Positions 8,167 to 19,213 are shown, counted from the first letter of the stretch. The stretch: 35,511 bases of DNA from an uncultured Bacillaceae bacterium (GCA_904501845.1 CAJGCH010000001.1:1-35511), one strand, 5' to 3'. Numbers and translations are program-made. Notes: generated by a model from the sequence alone, not told the origin.

Positions 8167-9597
8167 GTGAAGATTCATATCGTCCAAAAAGGCGACTCAT
8201 TATGGAAGATTGCTAAGAAGTACGGAGTCAATTTCGAACAGTTGAAGAAAACGAACTCACAGCTTAGCAATCCAGATATGCTTATGCCCGGCATGAAAAT
8301 TAAAATACCTGAAACGAGTTCTTCTCCAAAGAAAGAAAATGATACGAAAGTGAATTTCGGAGTAAAGGAAGCTCCTGTTCAGCCTATGACGCAAGCTAAG
8401 CCTCAAGCTTTAAAGCAGCCGGCCGTCAAGGAAATGCCGACTCAATATCCAGAGAAGGAATCCGTCAAGGAAATGCCGAAGATGCCGTATGTTGCACCAA
8501 AGGAGACAGTAAAGCCTGTTATACCGGAGATTGATATCAACAACTATTATTTAATGAATATGACAAAGATGGAAGTGCCGCCGCCAATGCCTATTTATAA
8601 GGAAAAGCCAAAGAAAGAGGAGCCGGTTATCCTGAAGGAAAAGCCAATCAAAGAAATGCCGAAGGAAAAGCCAACCAAAGAAATGCCGAAAGAAGAGCCG
8701 CCTGAGCCGATGCCGCTTCCAGTGCCTCTTCCAACACCTCAGTATGAGTATTGTCAGCCAGTGGTCCCTTATTATAATCCCTGCTGTTATCCGTACATGT
8801 ATAACCCGTGTTACCCTTATCACATGACGTATATGCCTCATCCATGCATGATGATGCCATCGATGCCATCTCACTCGCCAATGATGAATATGCAAGGAAC
8901 AGATGTTATGGCAGAGAGCTATCACTATGAACAAGAAATGATGGACCTATCACCATCCAGCCATGGTCAAATGCAGCAAGGAGCAATGCCGCAGCAAATG
9001 TATATGCCGCAGTCATACATGATGATGCCATATCAGCCGGGTATGTCTGCTTCCGGATATGGTCAGTACCCGCAGTCATATGGCATGATGGAGCACGATG
9101 ATATGATGCAGACCCAAGAGGATGAGTATGCTGATTATTCAGGCGGAGCTTACGCGCCATTTGATGGATATATGCCGCAATGCGGATTTACACCAGCCTC
9201 ATCGGCTCAGGGGCAGGAAACCTATTATCAGCCCATGAATCAGTCAGCCAATCAATATTCCGATTCAATGATGCAGCAAAACATGCAAAACCAAAACATG
9301 CAAAGCCAAAGCATGCAAGGCCAAAACATGCAAAACCAAGGCATGCAAGGCCAAAACATGCAAAGCCAAAGCATGCAAAGCCAAAATATGCAAAATCAAA
9401 ACATGCAAAATCAGAATGTGCAAAATCCATATGCGGCTCAGCCGACTCCCTATCAAGAAGTGAGCGGGATGCAAGGAAGCGCAGAAAGTGTGCCATTCTA
9501 TAATCCCCACGCTTCACAAATGATTCCTCGGATTAATCCTGCAGCTTTTGATATGCCGGGAGCTGACGATGAAGAAAGCAGTGAGCAAGAAGGCTAA
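8167..9597 (+). CDS. safA: SafA/ExsA family spore coat morphogenetic protein
   Basis: N-terminal LysM (KIHIVQKGDSLWKIAKKYGV...PGMKIKIP), PEIDINNYY motif, Pro/Gln/Met/Tyr-rich tail. GTG 8167 after AAGGAGG. Confidence 0.93.
   Translation: MKIHIVQKGDSLWKIAKKYGVNFEQLKKTNSQLSNPDMLMPGMKIKIPETSSSPKKENDTKVNFGVKEAPVQPMTQAKPQALKQPAVKEMPTQYPEKESVKEMPKMPYVAPKETVKPVIPEIDINNYYLMNMTKMEVPPPMPIYKEKPKKEEPVILKEKPIKEMPKEKPTKEMPKEEPPEPMPLPVPLPTPQYEYCQPVVPYYNPCCYPYMYNPCYPYHMTYMPHPCMMMPSMPSHSPMMNMQGTDVMAESYHYEQEMMDLSPSSHGQMQQGAMPQQMYMPQSYMMMPYQPGMSASGYGQYPQSYGMMEHDDMMQTQEDEYADYSGGAYAPFDGYMPQCGFTPASSAQGQETYYQPMNQSANQYSDSMMQQNMQNQNMQSQSMQGQNMQNQGMQGQNMQSQSMQSQNMQNQNMQNQNVQNPYAAQPTPYQEVSGMQGSAESVPFYNPHASQMIPRINPAAFDMPGADDEESSEQEG
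8635..8688 (+). repeat. 27-bp tandem duplication in safA (KEKPIKEMP/KEKPTKEMP)
   Basis: AAGGAAAAGCCAA(T/C)CAAAGAAATGCCG twice, one mismatch. Confidence 0.9.
9283..9426 (+). repeat. 15-bp coding tandem repeat in safA: 9 units plus a partial unit, encoding MQxQx
   Basis: ATGCAA at 9283, 9298, 9313, 9328, 9343, 9358, 9373, 9388 and 9403, then GTGCAAAAT at 9418. Confidence 0.95.
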
Positions 9598-9599
9598 TC

Positions 9600-10571
9600 A
9601 TGAGCGGAAAACGTGCAGGAGGCACCCTTAAGGGCTGTCTCCTTTCTTATTTCAAGCAGCTCAATATGCCAATCAGATTGATGAAGCCAATCAAGCCTGA
9701 GTTAATGCTGATACAGACAGAGGAGGGTAAGCTGATCATTGCGAAGCAATTTAAAAACGAGATGAGCCTTGCGCGGCAAAAGGAGTTTCTCGCTCTCCTC
9801 AAAGAAGCAGGCTTTCATCGTTCGTATACATTCAGTGAGGCATTCCCTCCCTTTGAGTATCGAGGGGGATGCATCGGATTCCTTCCCTATATTCACCCTC
9901 ATGAGCAAGCGTTCACCTATCGGACTCAGGATGAGCGGCTTGAGGGGCTCATATTGCTGAAGAAGATGCATGGCGCATCGAAGCATATCTCTCACCGTAT
10001 GAGCCATCTTTCTGATCAGCCCTTCAACCAAGTACGCAAATGGATAGAACGTCTGGCGGAATTTAAGCAAAATGAGACAGTAATCAAACCGTTTATGCCT
10101 GAAAAGGTGTATCAGGCATATGCCTTGATGGGGAAATGGGTGCTCAAGGAGCTGAAGGAAGAGGAAATTGGAAAAAAGGATACACTAGTCATCATTCATG
10201 GAGATCTGGCTCACCATAACTTTTTGAGGAGGAGTGACGGAAAACTCTTCTTAATTGATTTCGACCTAATGGCAAAGGCTCCGGCAATCATTGATGATCT
10301 TCAATATGCGAACAGGCTATTAGTCTACAATAGCTATTCCTTGGAGGAGATTCTTTCTTTGCCTCCTTTTCGTGAACATAGGTATAACCGTGAGTTTTTG
10401 ATAGGGCTTGCCTATCCGACTGACATTTACCGTGAATGGAATCGGGTGTGCCGGGAGAATTTATGGACTGACCGGAGGAGAATGAAGGCCATGTATGACT
10501 ACACGCTCAATGACTTCCAGGAGAGAATGAGCTTTTTCAAGAAAATCAAGCGCGCGGCGGCTGACCTGTAA
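9600..10571 (+). CDS. APH/choline kinase-like phosphotransferase (CotS/YutH/YsxE-type bacterial spore kinase)
   Basis: IAK lysine, HGDLAHHN catalytic loop, LIDFD motif. Starts 2 bp after safA. Confidence 0.75.
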   Translation: MSGKRAGGTLKGCLLSYFKQLNMPIRLMKPIKPELMLIQTEEGKLIIAKQFKNEMSLARQKEFLALLKEAGFHRSYTFSEAFPPFEYRGGCIGFLPYIHPHEQAFTYRTQDERLEGLILLKKMHGASKHISHRMSHLSDQPFNQVRKWIERLAEFKQNETVIKPFMPEKVYQAYALMGKWVLKELKEEEIGKKDTLVIIHGDLAHHNFLRRSDGKLFLIDFDLMAKAPAIIDDLQYANRLLVYNSYSLEEILSLPPFREHRYNREFLIGLAYPTDIYREWNRVCRENLWTDRRRMKAMYDYTLNDFQERMSFFKKIKRAAADL

Positions 10572-10598
10572 TAATTTTCTTGCATCTCGGACATACTA
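10569..10598 (+). promoter_or_regulatory. Putative sigmaF/sigmaG promoter of bofC
   Basis: TAATA-N15-GGACATACTA fits the forespore consensus GYATA-N15-GGnnAnAHT. Confidence 0.6.
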
Positions 10599-10639
10599 GT
10601 TCATGAGTTGAATATGAAGATGGGATGAGGTGTAAGAAG

Positions 10640-11194
10640 ATGAGGTTACGCGGCTTTATTACAGCATGGGTTTTGTTGTTGTCTTTATTTGGAGTTCAAG
10701 GGACAGAAGGTCCTGTTCAAGATTTAGCGGCAGAGGCTGCGGTCAATCCATCTGTCGAGGTTGGCGAGCCGGTTCCGATTCAGCGGACAATCATCTTGCA
10801 GCGTATCTATTTAGATGGAGAAATAAGTGAAGAAACATTTGAGGAAACGATTATTTCAATGGATGATTTTTGGAGGAAGTATGATAAATGGCTGCTAGTT
10901 GACCAGAATGACAGTCAGCTTGTATTTCAGACCTATGTGGATGATATCTCGCCTCTATTAAAGGGGAATGGCTATTTTGGAATCAAGGCAGACGGGACAA
11001 TCAGCATCTTTAACGGAAAGCCTGTGAAAGACCAGGTTATTCAATCGTTTTATCAAATTGATATGAAGAAACTTGAATCAAGACAGCAAACAGAGCTATT
11101 AAAGGGTGTCAAAATAGAAAACAAGGAACGCTATAGTCAATTTTTGGAGGCATATAAGCCCTATTCCATTTCGACGATGAAAACCTTACAATAG
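10640..11194 (+). CDS. bofC: Forespore intercompartmental signalling factor BofC
   Basis: Signal peptide, LQRIYLDGE, DDISPLLKGNGYFG, IQSFYQID. Start moved to ATG 10640 after GAGGTG. Confidence 0.93.
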   Translation: MRLRGFITAWVLLLSLFGVQGTEGPVQDLAAEAAVNPSVEVGEPVPIQRTIILQRIYLDGEISEETFEETIISMDDFWRKYDKWLLVDQNDSQLVFQTYVDDISPLLKGNGYFGIKADGTISIFNGKPVKDQVIQSFYQIDMKKLESRQQTELLKGVKIENKERYSQFLEAYKPYSISTMKTLQ

Positions 11195-11202
11195 TGAATT
11201 CG

Positions 11203-11240
11203 AGACAAATCCCTTTAGATAAGGGGTTTGTCTTTTTTTT
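11203..11240 (+). terminator. Rho-independent terminator after bofC
   Basis: AGACAAATCCCTT-loop-AAGGGGTTTGTCT plus T-run. Confidence 0.9.
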
Positions 11241-11363
11241 CTTCAGGCATTCGATGCCGACAGACCTTGTCTTCAAAAATACAAACATTTGTGCTGAGTT
11301 GAGTATGATGGATAATTAGAGTGTGGTACAATGGTTTACAGTCGAAAAAGAGGAGAGGTCAAG

Positions 11364-11978
11364 GTGTACGATTTCATAAAAGGCAGGGTAGACTATGTTT
11401 GTCCTGAATATATAGTAATAGAAGCAAATGGGATAGGCTATCTGATTCAAGCACCCAATCCGTTTGTATTCTCCGGCATGAACGAAGAGACGAAGATTTA
11501 TGTCCATCATTATGTCAGGGAGGATGCGGTCGCATTATACGGGTTCACATCCCGTGAAGAGAAGAAGCTGTTTATAAAACTGCTCAATGTGACAGGAATA
11601 GGTCCAAAAGGTGCACTGGCAGTGCTTGCGACAGGCCGTGTGGACCAGGTAGTTGAAGCCATTGAAGCGGAGGATGAGAAGTTCCTTGTGAAATTCCCGG
11701 GAATCGGGAAGAAAACAGCGAGACAAATGATTCTTGATTTGAAGGGCAAACTCGATGATGTAGCCCCTGAAGCCTTCCCTGATTTATTCTCAACAGAAGG
11801 CGGGAAAGAGATGAGCGGATACAGTATGACGAATCACGAGCTGGAAGAAGCCTTGCTCGCGCTTGAGGCGTTAGGGTATTCAAGCAAGGAAATCAAGAAG
11901 GTTGTTCCAAAGCTCGAGAAAGAAAAGAAAACGACAGAAGAGTATATTAAGGATGCCTTGCAGCTCATGCTGAAATAG
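11364..11978 (+). CDS. ruvA: Holliday junction branch migration protein RuvA
   Basis: [18 protein letters not shown] and PGIGKKTA HhH motifs. GTG 11364 after AGGAGAGG. Extended -10 TGgTACAAT at 11324-11332. Confidence 0.97.
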   Translation: MYDFIKGRVDYVCPEYIVIEANGIGYLIQAPNPFVFSGMNEETKIYVHHYVREDAVALYGFTSREEKKLFIKLLNVTGIGPKGALAVLATGRVDQVVEAIEAEDEKFLVKFPGIGKKTARQMILDLKGKLDDVAPEAFPDLFSTEGGKEMSGYSMTNHELEEALLALEALGYSSKEIKKVVPKLEKEKKTTEEYIKDALQLMLK

Positions 11979-11989
11979 GAGGTATGAAC

Positions 11990-12991
11990 ATGGATGAGAG
12001 AATCATGGACATAGAAGCGCAAAATCAGGAAGAGGCTTTTGAATTCAGCCTTAGACCGCAAAACCTCAGCCAGTACATTGGGCAGGATAAGGTGAAGGAG
12101 AATTTACGCGTTTTCATTGATGCAGCAAAGATGAGGGAGGAAGCTCTTGACCATGTCCTTTTATATGGTCCGCCGGGACTTGGGAAAACAACGCTCGCGG
12201 CGATTATCGCCAATGAGATGGGTGTGGCTCTTCGGACGACCTCTGGTCCGGCCATTGAACGGCCTGGCGACTTGGCTGCGATTCTGAGCGCTCTCCAGCC
12301 GGGAGAGGTGCTGTTCATTGATGAGATTCACCGGTTGCCCAAATCTGTGGAGGAGGTTCTTTATCCGGCAATGGAAGACTTCTGTCTTGATATTGTCATT
12401 GGCAAAGGGCCGGGTGCGAGATCTGTCCGGATCGATCTTCCGCCATTTACATTGGTTGGGGCAACAACTAGGGCAGGTTCAGTTTCAGCACCACTTCGTG
12501 ATCGATTTGGGGTTGTGTCCCGGTTGGAATATTATACGGAAAACCAATTAAGGGAAATCGTGAAACGGACATCCCAAGTGCTGGATACGGAGATTGATGA
12601 GCATGCGGCAGGCGAGATTGCTCGGCGTTCGCGGGGGACGCCAAGAATAGCGAATCGCCTTCTGAGACGTGTCCGTGACTTTGCCCAAGTGCGAGGGAAT
12701 GGGCATATCGTCTTTGAACTAGCGGATTATGCACTTGAGCTCATGCAAGTCGATAAGGTTGGTCTGGATCAGATTGACCGCAAGCTGCTGCTTGGCATCA
12801 TTGAGAAATTTAAAGGCGGACCTGTCGGACTTGATACGATTGCGGCAACAATCGGTGAGGAATCCGGAACAATTGAGGATGTATATGAGCCTTATTTGAT
12901 GCAGATAGGGTTTATGCAGAGAACACCGAGAGGGCGTATTGTGACCGATCATGTATACAGGCATTTTAACATTGAGGTGCCAAATCCATGA
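11990..12991 (+). CDS. ruvB: Holliday junction DNA helicase RuvB
   Basis: GPPGLGKT Walker A, FIDEIH Walker B, SRGTPR. ATG 11990 has the better spacing from AGGAGGT. Confidence 0.99.
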   Translation: MDERIMDIEAQNQEEAFEFSLRPQNLSQYIGQDKVKENLRVFIDAAKMREEALDHVLLYGPPGLGKTTLAAIIANEMGVALRTTSGPAIERPGDLAAILSALQPGEVLFIDEIHRLPKSVEEVLYPAMEDFCLDIVIGKGPGARSVRIDLPPFTLVGATTRAGSVSAPLRDRFGVVSRLEYYTENQLREIVKRTSQVLDTEIDEHAAGEIARRSRGTPRIANRLLRRVRDFAQVRGNGHIVFELADYALELMQVDKVGLDQIDRKLLLGIIEKFKGGPVGLDTIAATIGEESGTIEDVYEPYLMQIGFMQRTPRGRIVTDHVYRHFNIEVPNP

Positions 12992-13194
12992 ATCAATTGC
13001 CAAAAACGATTATGATAATTGGTGTGGTTATTTTTGCCGTCGGATTTTTGATGCAATTCATTAAGCTCGGCCGTTTGCCGGGTGACATCATCATCAAGAA
13101 GGAGAATACCACTTTTTACTTTCCGGTGATGACCTCGATCATTGTCAGTGTCGTCTTATCAGGATTGCTGTACATCATTGGAAGATTTAAATAA
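12988..13194 (+). CDS. yrzS: DUF2905 family small membrane protein
   Basis: GRLPGDI...FYFP motif, two hydrophobic helices, between ruvB and queA. Confidence 0.88.
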   Translation: MNQLPKTIMIIGVVIFAVGFLMQFIKLGRLPGDIIIKKENTTFYFPVMTSIIVSVVLSGLLYIIGRFK

Positions 13195-13217
13195 GTATTG
13201 GAAATGGAAGTGTCATC

Positions 13218-15409
<2,192 letters not shown>

Positions 15410-15448
15410 CCTTTGATAAACCTTTTAAGAAAGGAGTGAAAATAAAAC

Positions 15449-15745
15449 ATGGTATTGTCTCAATTCTTATTGCCAATCATTCTTTTGGTGTTCTTCTACT
15501 TGGTATTGATTCGACCACAGCAAAAGCGCCAAAAAGAAACGATTAAAATGCAAAATGAGCTTCAAAAAGGAGATAAGGTCGTTACTATCGGCGGTTTACA
15601 CGGAACAGTGGATGCTGTTGACGAAGATAAAGTCATCCTTAGAAGTCCTGATGGTTCACGCTTGACGTTTGAAAAGCGCAGCGTAAGCCAGGTGGTTCAA
15701 AAGAAAGAATCAGTGGTTGCTGCAGATACAGCAACAGATAAATAA
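15449..15745 (+). CDS. yajC: Preprotein translocase subunit YajC
   Basis: N-terminal TM helix, IRPQQKRQK, GDKVVTIGGLHG. Confidence 0.96.
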   Translation: MVLSQFLLPIILLVFFYLVLIRPQQKRQKETIKMQNELQKGDKVVTIGGLHGTVDAVDEDKVILRSPDGSRLTFEKRSVSQVVQKKESVVAADTATDK

Positions 15746-15751
15746 TTAATG

Positions 15752-15789
15752 AAAAAACCTAGTCCATTTTAAAATGGACTAGGTTTTTT
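15752..15789. terminator. Bidirectional terminator (perfect 38-bp palindrome) between yajC and yrzE
   Basis: AAAAAACCTAGTCCATTTT|AAAATGGACTAGGTTTTTT. Confidence 0.9.
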
Positions 15790-16179
15790 TGTTTCGGGCC
15801 CGCCGCTCAAGTTAACGCCAAGGACGCCTCCCATCATCGCTGTCACGATGAAACAGGCATTATAGATGAGCTGCTTGGTCGTGAATAAGGATTCTAGGCC
15901 AAGATATTGATACAGGAACACGATTAGCGTATAGATCAGCCCCGTCCCGCCGCCTAGGAGCCACCCTTGCTTCTTTCCTTTCCCGCCCGCAATGAAGCCG
16001 CCGATAAAAAGAGTGAGGAAAGAGAGAATCATGATGATATACGTTAGGGAGGATTCGGTGACACTGGTGAATCGCAGGATTAAGGAGAAGCACAGGCTGA
16101 ACAGGGCAGCCATGATAAAGATTGTCACGACCCCATAAAGAATAGCTGAACCTAAATTTCTCGTTTCGATGGGAACCAA
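15769..16179 (-). CDS. yrzE: TIGR04086/YrzE family membrane protein (start uncertain)
   Basis: Four hydrophobic helices, GGFIAGGKGKKQGWLLG motif, syntenic position. Confidence 0.85.
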   Translation of the reverse strand: MVPIETRNLGSAILYGVVTIFIMAALFSLCFSLILRFTSVTESSLTYIIMILSFLTLFIGGFIAGGKGKKQGWLLGGGTGLIYTLIVFLYQYLGLESLFTTKQLIYNACFIVTAMMGGVLGVNLSGGPETKKPSPF

Positions 16180-16336
16180 CTCCTTTTTAACCAGAAAAGT
16201 ATGTCTTATCCTTACTTTATTCAGCTCAGGTCTATTTAGAATGTTTTTTTAGTACAACCCTCAATTTATGTGGTTGAAAACGCTCTTTTGACAAACACTA
16301 TCAATTGATAGTTGGAAAAGGGAGCAGTGATTAGTT

Positions 16337-16990
16337 ATGGATTTTTTAATTATTATTGGAAGAACATTATTTCTTTACGTCATTATTTTTCTCGTATTCC
16401 GAATCATGGGGAAGAGGGAGATCGGAGAACTAAGCCTTTTGGACTTGGTCGTTTTTATCATGATTGCAGATATTGCGGTAATCGGAATAGAAAATTATGA
16501 CAAGAATGTATTAAATGCGATATTGCCCATTACTGTGTTGTTTTTCGTACAAATGACATTTGCTTATGCTTCTTTGAAGGTTCCTTTTCTGCGCAAGGCC
16601 ATTGACGGGGAGCCGACGGTTCTTATTCATAATGGATTAATCAACCAAAAAGCAATGAAAAAGCTTCGCTATAACCTGGAAGACTTGCTGATGCAGCTTA
16701 GAGAGAATGGGGTAAGAAAAATCAGTGAGGTCGAATTTGGGATTGTTGAGGCGTCCGGGAAGCTTTCTGTGTATGAATTTACTGAGAATGCCGCGATCAA
16801 TCAGCCAAAGCCAGCACCGATTATGACCTTAATCCAGGATGGGAGAGTCATAACAAACAATCTCACTGGGATCGGAAAATCGGAAGACTGGCTCAGAGAA
16901 GAGCTTAAGAGACACGGTCATCCTGACATCAATGGAGTCTTTCTATGCACCCTGGAGGATGAGCGTTTACGTATCTTTAGAAAAGAATGA
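16337..16990 (+). CDS. yrbG: DUF421 (YetF/YrbG) membrane protein
   Basis: RIMGKREIGELS, LLMQLRE, VEASGKLSV motifs. Confidence 0.9.
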   Translation: MDFLIIIGRTLFLYVIIFLVFRIMGKREIGELSLLDLVVFIMIADIAVIGIENYDKNVLNAILPITVLFFVQMTFAYASLKVPFLRKAIDGEPTVLIHNGLINQKAMKKLRYNLEDLLMQLRENGVRKISEVEFGIVEASGKLSVYEFTENAAINQPKPAPIMTLIQDGRVITNNLTGIGKSEDWLREELKRHGHPDINGVFLCTLEDERLRIFRKE

Positions 16991-16995
16991 GCGAA

Positions 16996-18561
16996 TTATT
17001 TAAACGGTGCTAACGAAGCGAGCAGCGGCCCGATAATTGGAATTCTTCGGACTTCATCCCTGCGGACAATTCCCGTTAGCATACTTCCGGCCAAAAAGAT
17101 GCCGCCCATGGAAGCTGCCGAGATGAGTATGCGATTTATGGCAGGGATATCTGTTAGCCAGTTGAAATAAAGCATATGGCCTAGGATGCCGGTAAAAACC
17201 ATCACGATGAGTGCCATCAAATATTCATGCAAGTATATGGTCAAACTGACTTTTTTCATGACGGTCGCGAAGTGAAGCGTGGTCACAAGGACCGTGCTGA
17301 CACAAATGGCAATGGCTGCGCCCATGATGCCAAAGGAAGGCTGGGCAACGAGCGTTATAATCAAAATGATTTTCGTCAATGAGCCAATGATGCTGTTAAA
17401 CATGGCTGCCTTCGCCATATTCAAGGCCTGCAGGGTTGAATTTAATGGACCTTGATAGAAAAAGAAGATGAAGAATGGAGCCATGAAGCGGACATATACA
17501 CCCGCATGTTCATTATGATAAACCGCCTCCATGATCGGGTGTGCCAAAACGAATAAAACGACTACCGCAAGCGTCCCGCTCAGAAAAGAGAGACGGAGGG
17601 ACTGCTGGATGCGATGAACAACCTGTTTGATATTCCCTTTAGAATACGCCTCGCTTACAGCGGGTACGAGTGATACACCAAGGGAAATGGTAATAAAGGA
17701 CGGAAGCATAAGAAGCGGCACAGCATAGCCGGCGAGCTCCCCATATTGGGCTGTAGCAACGCCTGTGGCGACACCGGCTGCGGCAAGGCTTCTGGCAACG
17801 ACAATCGGTTCGATAAACCAGGTAATGGACCCAACCATCCGGCTTCCTGTTGCAGGGATGGAGATCGACAGCAATTCCATCAATGTATCCTTGCCAGTGG
17901 CCGCATAGTGCAAAAACTTCTTCCTAAGCTGGAAAGGCTTCTTCAATTTAAACATCAGCATCAAATAGAGAAGTGATGCGAGCTCCCCGATAACGGAAGC
18001 AATCATGGCACCGGCTGCGGCATATTCAATACCGTAAGGCAAGAAGGCCCTTGTAAATGCTGCAATCATGGAAATGCGCACGACCTGTTCGACCACCATG
18101 GAAATCGCATGGGGCTTCATATTCTGCTTGCCCTGGAAATATCCCCGCAAAACAGCTGAGATAGCCGCAATCGGGATGATGGGGATAATGGCAATCAAAG
18201 GCAGATACGTTCTTGAATCCGTAAAGACATGGGTTGATAGATAAGGAGCGAGCAAGAATAGGATAGGGGTAAAGATAGCCGACAAGCCTCCGGTAACAGA
18301 TAAGGCAACGACAAGTATTTTCTTCGTTTTTTGATGATCACCTCGAGCGGTCGCTTCTGCCACGAACTTCGATATGGCGATTGGCATGCCAAGCTGAACC
18401 ATGGCAATGACCAGAAATAAGGAAGGCAATGCCATCATATATAACCCGACGCCTTCTTCCCCAATAAAGCGGGCAATGACGATCCGGTTTACAAAACCGA
18501 GCACTCTTGTTATCAGGCCTGCAATCATCAGGATGACAGTACCCCTAATAAAACTAGACAT
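16996..18561 (-). CDS. spoVB: Stage V sporulation protein B (MurJ-family flippase for cortex synthesis)
   Basis: TRVLGFVNRIVIARFIGEEGVGLY, LRGYFQG, EQVVRI, many TM helices. Confidence 0.96.
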   Translation of the reverse strand: MSSFIRGTVILMIAGLITRVLGFVNRIVIARFIGEEGVGLYMMALPSLFLVIAMVQLGMPIAISKFVAEATARGDHQKTKKILVVALSVTGGLSAIFTPILFLLAPYLSTHVFTDSRTYLPLIAIIPIIPIAAISAVLRGYFQGKQNMKPHAISMVVEQVVRISMIAAFTRAFLPYGIEYAAAGAMIASVIGELASLLYLMLMFKLKKPFQLRKKFLHYAATGKDTLMELLSISIPATGSRMVGSITWFIEPIVVARSLAAAGVATGVATAQYGELAGYAVPLLMLPSFITISLGVSLVPAVSEAYSKGNIKQVVHRIQQSLRLSFLSGTLAVVVLFVLAHPIMEAVYHNEHAGVYVRFMAPFFIFFFYQGPLNSTLQALNMAKAAMFNSIIGSLTKIILIITLVAQPSFGIMGAAIAICVSTVLVTTLHFATVMKKVSLTIYLHEYLMALIVMVFTGILGHMLYFNWLTDIPAINRILISAASMGGIFLAGSMLTGIVRRDEVRRIPIIGPLLASLAPFK

Positions 18562-18606
18562 TCATTTCCCCACCTTCTCAAAAGAGCTGCAATCCATTAC
18601 AATTAA

Positions 18607-18637
18607 TCTATATGCAACTTAATGGGCCAACCATGAC
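18607..18637 (-). promoter_or_regulatory. Putative sigmaE promoter of spoVB
   Basis: Minus strand GTCATG...CATATAGA. spoVB is sigmaE-dependent in B. subtilis. Confidence 0.5.
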
Positions 18638-18694
18638 AAGCTTTAAGGATTTAGTGAAAAATACATACTATATTGGCTTGGGGGATGATGAATT

Positions 18695-19003
18695 GTGGAA
18701 GTAAAGCACCCATATGAGAAATTTCGTCAGGAAATGGATCCGGCGCTGAAAAGCAAGCAGGAGGAGTTTGATTTGCTTGGTTATCCGGATATTACCGAGG
18801 AGGATATTTGGAAGTACATGATTCAGAAGAAATGGAAGAAGGCGAAGGGTGAGGCTCGCCAGCATGAGATTATTCAAGACATCATGAGACTGAAAGTGTC
18901 AGATTACATGAATTTTGCCACTACATCGGCATTGGTAGAGGCGGAAACAAGGAAAAAGGATATGGCCGCCGGTTTGGAGGAGTTTAAGGACCTATTCTCA
19001 TGA
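18695..19003 (+). CDS. comN: Post-transcriptional regulator ComN (YrzD)
   Basis: PALKSKQEEF.LLGY...IW.Y...KKWKK...DYMNFAT, between spoVB and secDF. Confidence 0.88.
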   Translation: MEVKHPYEKFRQEMDPALKSKQEEFDLLGYPDITEEDIWKYMIQKKWKKAKGEARQHEIIQDIMRLKVSDYMNFATTSALVEAETRKKDMAAGLEEFKDLFS

Positions 19004-19064
19004 ATGTGTTATAAGAATATTCCTATCATTTGCACAAAATATTATCGGATATTAGGGAATCAAA

Positions 19065-19093
19065 TTGACACCGAACCCTCAATCTTCCATAAT
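19065..19093 (+). promoter_or_regulatory. sigmaA promoter of secDF
   Basis: TTGACA-17 bp-CATAAT. Confidence 0.75.
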
Positions 19094-19213
19094 AAGAACG
19101 TTATAGGAAACCAACCTTTTTGATTGAATCAACTAGGCACATGTTTTACCAAGCATAGCGTCCTTTCATGCTGCTTCAATCGGAAAATATCAATTAGGAG
19201 GCTAATTTACATA

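Noticed and set aside
9283..9426. Repeat array as a possible CRISPR
   Set aside because: Units are contiguous 15-mers without unique spacers, lie in frame in a CDS, and no cas genes are present.
9180..9517. Alternative-frame ORFs with HAKPK, FACFG or LHALA repeats
   Set aside because: Shadow translations of the stop-free 15-bp safA repeat with no independent support.
11282..11295. CAAACATTTGTGCT as a LexA box upstream of ruvA
   Set aside because: Plausible position, but several mismatches to CGAAC-N4-GTTCG; too weak to call.
16288..16293. TTGACA upstream of yrbG
   Set aside because: No -10 hexamer at 16-18 bp spacing.
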